This document shows positions 24,001 through 25,325 of a DNA stretch of 25,325 nt, piece by piece. Position 1 is the first letter of the stretch, and the number at the start of each line of letters is the position of its first letter. The position numbers and the translations under genes are program-made. The stretch lies in the IMG/VR virus record IMGVR_UViG_3300032239_000357, positions 1-25,325 of that record. One strand, 5' to 3'. Source of the stretch: a virus (lineage: Duplodnaviria > Caudoviricetes). The notes beneath the pieces are model-generated. The model was not told the origin of the DNA. It saw only the letters and a list, made by a program, of their open reading frames with translations, and did no database searches.

Positions 24001-25325
24001 GGTAACACTAGAGGCATAAAAAACGGCAGTATATACATTACAGGCTCTGCTGTTTCGGCGTTCGCTCCTAATACTATATGTGCTATATCGACTACTACAA
24101 ATCTGACTATAACCGGCACGGTCAACATATACCTTACGTACTCAGGCTCTACGGGTACTCGAGTAATTACGGCTGCGACGGGTACTACGGGTCAGAACAT
24201 AAACTACTACGTCACTGCTGGATCTGACGTCGTATCGTTTAATAATACAGTGACTAACTATCTTAATACACTAGACTTCAATGGGTTCAGCGGAACGCTG
24301 TCCGGTGACGGCACAAACGGCGCTAGAAACATAACTGGTAACTTTAGACTGTCAAGCGGCATGACTATCGCCTCGCAGGGCGGTTACACTACTACATTTG
24401 CTGGTACATCCGGTACTAAGACCATAACTACTAATGGTCAGACACTGGACTTCCCTATTAATTTCAGCGGTAGTGGAGCTACATTCCAGCTTCAAGACGC
24501 TATGACTGCTGGCTCTACGCGCATTTTTACACTCACTGCCGGCACTCTTGATTTGAACAACTATAACCTGACTTGTGGCCTGTTTAGCAGCAGCAACTCA
24601 AATACTCGCTCCATATCTTTTGGTACGGGTCAAATTTATATTACAGGTAGCAGCACTACCGTTTTGACCATGTCTACTTATACCAATTTTAGCTGCAGTG
24701 GATCGCGGGTTATTAATTTAACCTATGCTGGGTCTACTGGAACAAGGATCGTATCTGCGCTTGGGTCTGGAGCTGTTTATGCTCAAACAATGGATATAAT
24801 TATAAGCAGCGGTTCAGATTCAATTTCATTTGGTGGAAATGCTAGAAATTTAAATTTTACAGGTTTCAGTGGGACTTGGGCTTCGACAGCTGCTGCGTCT
24901 GGCGTATGGGGTCCATTGGTATTTTCAGCTGGAATGACAATTGGTGCATCGACAAATGCACTTTTCCTTAATGACACTGGTGGAACATATACGGTTACGA
25001 CAAATGGGCAGATAATAGATAACCCAGTTTCAGTACTAGCTGGGTCAAGCACTGTTCAACTTGCAGATGCAATGGTTCTTGGTTCTACACGTACCTTTAC
25101 ACTTAGTAGCGGTACGCTTGACCTTAATAATAAAAACCTCACTTGCGGCTTATTCAGCAGCAGCAGTACCAATACGCGCACTTTAGCGTTTGGAACTGGG
25201 CAAATTTACTTGACTGCGGGAAGCGCGACTATTTGGAGTGCGGATACACAAACTAATTTTAATTATACAGGGACGGCTATTGTAAATGCAACATATTCAG
25301 GTTCTGTAGGTAGCAGAGGGTTTAC
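21094..25325 (+). CDS. Giant beta-helix-like adhesin/tail spike protein (partial, 3' end outside window; not in ORF track)
   Basis: ATG at 21094 after SD GAGGGG. Reads MADRYWVGGSGVWDARSTANWSTTSGGIPGASAPTSVDNVIFDANS... and ends ...NATYSGSVGSRGF at the window edge (>=1410 aa). Spot-checked stretches of frame 1 had no stop, and its absence from the stop-delimited track is consistent with an unterminated ORF. G/S/T/N-rich repeats (GTLDLN..LTC, TITTNG) are typical of parallel beta-helix passenger-like adhesins. Confidence 0.85.
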   Translation, partial: MADRYWVGGSGVWDARSTANWSTTSGGIPGASAPTSVDNVIFDANSSPGSYTVTFGASFVGSFAASTTSYVAQASAVYTGALSPGDVVYQFNSTSNYTVQAVESAAAYRYTLTSTQSLASTIYIAGAPSCRDMTVAAPSTGTVAFSIAGQGTSIANTYRTLYVYGSFTLPASGCTFDVGASYGTFTLQFMSPGGTYSRTLTTNGVTLTLDTIRFYDASTTGTTTLGSALTLVSYGKIVHGTGNFNTGGWNVTTGYFSTSDGTAARSLTLGTSTITLLGNDTSGILPWNAGTIGGLTFSGASSTIVFNGTGSFTSTYTFSGGGLTYGTVTFNYGSSNSAINYIINGTNTFTNFNVTSAASSYMVKVSLGADQTVAGSLSLGSTGLNPSNRVFVYSSVAGTTRTIFATSVGGLYNVDFLDITAGAASFSGTSLGNCGGNSNITFPAAKTVYIVSSSTSSDAATAVIWATSSGGSTSAANFPLPQDTIIIDNSTQASATSISNLYFYNLGTINGSSRTTATTISINTALSTNTYNIFGSLILGTYVTFSGTFSSLNFNGRSAYSITCNGKSLPFSNIGINAPGGTYTHTDQCVITGGAITVYAGTYDTGNQAMAFGSLTTSGTITRTINLGSSTIVLSSTNPITITSATGLTFNAGTSNIQIQSTIPGTFSFGALTYYNLEFQTSYNFSVGGSATFSGTGGGPTFNNLTIRGRTTAGVNRFILTGNITVNGTFTVGAGTTPGTSRTVMYASTYGLTQRVITAAAVSLADVDFLGIVAAGASGTWTGTRLGDGGSNSNITFPAAKTVYYVGTTSSTFSASNWATSSGGATSNLNFPLPQDTIIIDNSSLNTSAVLTYDYFYLLGNLDASSRTNAITIAANVSVLAAGNITLSSAVTLTGGASTAFIAVGPTCNLTSAGVVFPSYILVQMPTTGTLTLVDSLTTTNTTNITQLVSGTLDLNGNSLTCISFSLTGGNTRGIKNGSIYITGSAVSAFAPNTICAISTTTNLTITGTVNIYLTYSGSTGTRVITAATGTTGQNINYYVTAGSDVVSFNNTVTNYLNTLDFNGFSGTLSGDGTNGARNITGNFRLSSGMTIASQGGYTTTFAGTSGTKTITTNGQTLDFPINFSGSGATFQLQDAMTAGSTRIFTLTAGTLDLNNYNLTCGLFSSSNSNTRSISFGTGQIYITGSSTTVLTMSTYTNFSCSGSRVINLTYAGSTGTRIVSALGSGAVYAQTMDIIISSGSDSISFGGNARNLNFTGFSGTWASTAAASGVWGPLVFSAGMTIGASTNALFLNDTGGTYTVTTNGQIIDNPVSVLAGSSTVQLADAMVLGSTRTFTLSSGTLDLNNKNLTCGLFSSSSTNTRTLAFGTGQIYLTAGSATIWSADTQTNFNYTGTAIVNATYSGSVGSRGF
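22400..23630 (+). repeat. Internal module repeat, period 1065 nt (355 aa)
   Basis: NSNITFPAAKTVY...WATSSGG.TS..NFPLPQDTIIIDNS occurs at ~22402-22563 and ~23467-23625. ttccctgcagctaagac is identical at 22417 and 23482. Confidence 0.88.
23941..25325 (+). repeat. Internal tandem repeat, period ~570 nt (190 aa)
   Basis: TTNGQ...GSTR.FTL..GTLDLNN.NLTCGLFSSS..NTR...FGTGQIY.T at 24427-24650 and 24997-25220. A more diverged unit begins ~23941 (SGTLDLNGNSLTC...LTYSGSTGTRV). Confidence 0.88.

Noticed and set aside
468-25052. Numerous minus-strand and short off-frame ORFs in the track (e.g. 4286-4693, 8112-8318, 17457-17765, 23661-24128)
   Set aside because: All lie on top of long, well-supported plus-strand genes. 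They are shadows of repetitive codon usage with no recognisable motifs.
1-25325. Alternative genetic code (TAG/TGA reassignment)
   Set aside because: Genes are full length under the standard code, and TAA, TAG and TGA all end genes at positions matching family C-termini.
3960-25325. Diversity-generating retroelement (TR/VR pair) or invertible tail-fibre cassette
   Set aside because: No reverse transcriptase or invertase is present. The repeats seen are in-frame coding duplications that differ mostly at synonymous positions rather than specifically at adenines.
1-25325. tRNA, rRNA or structured ncRNA genes
   Set aside because: Intergenic gaps are all under ~50 nt and no cloverleaf or rRNA-like sequence was seen.

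Overview
A 25.3-kb, single-strand (+), tightly packed late/structural operon of a T4-like (Tevenvirinae/cyanomyovirus/alphaproteobacterial-myovirus-style) contractile-tailed phage. Gene order: baseplate wedge gp6, gp7-like, a gp9/gp10-N-terminal-domain fibre, a greatly expanded gp8, a VrlC/DUF4815-like giant virion protein that appears split into two genes, small conserved virion ORFs, several Asn/Ser/Thr/Gly-rich fibre proteins, and a >1400-aa beta-helix-like adhesin starting at 21094 that runs off the window end and is missing from the ORF track. The most striking element is a Hedgehog/intein (Hint) domain starting at a GG|CF junction at the end of the first VrlC half. It keeps the N-terminal catalytic residues but lacks the splicing His-Asn, and it is followed by a ~90-aa helical/hydrophobic tail, placed where the VrlC-like protein is split. 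This suggests a Hedgehog-like autoprocessing/ligation step in virion assembly. Also seen: T4-type late promoter motifs (one centred in a 24-bp palindrome), repeat modules shared between different baseplate/fibre genes, and compositionally distinct segments at some gene ends. All family calls come from motif recognition by eye, not database searches.
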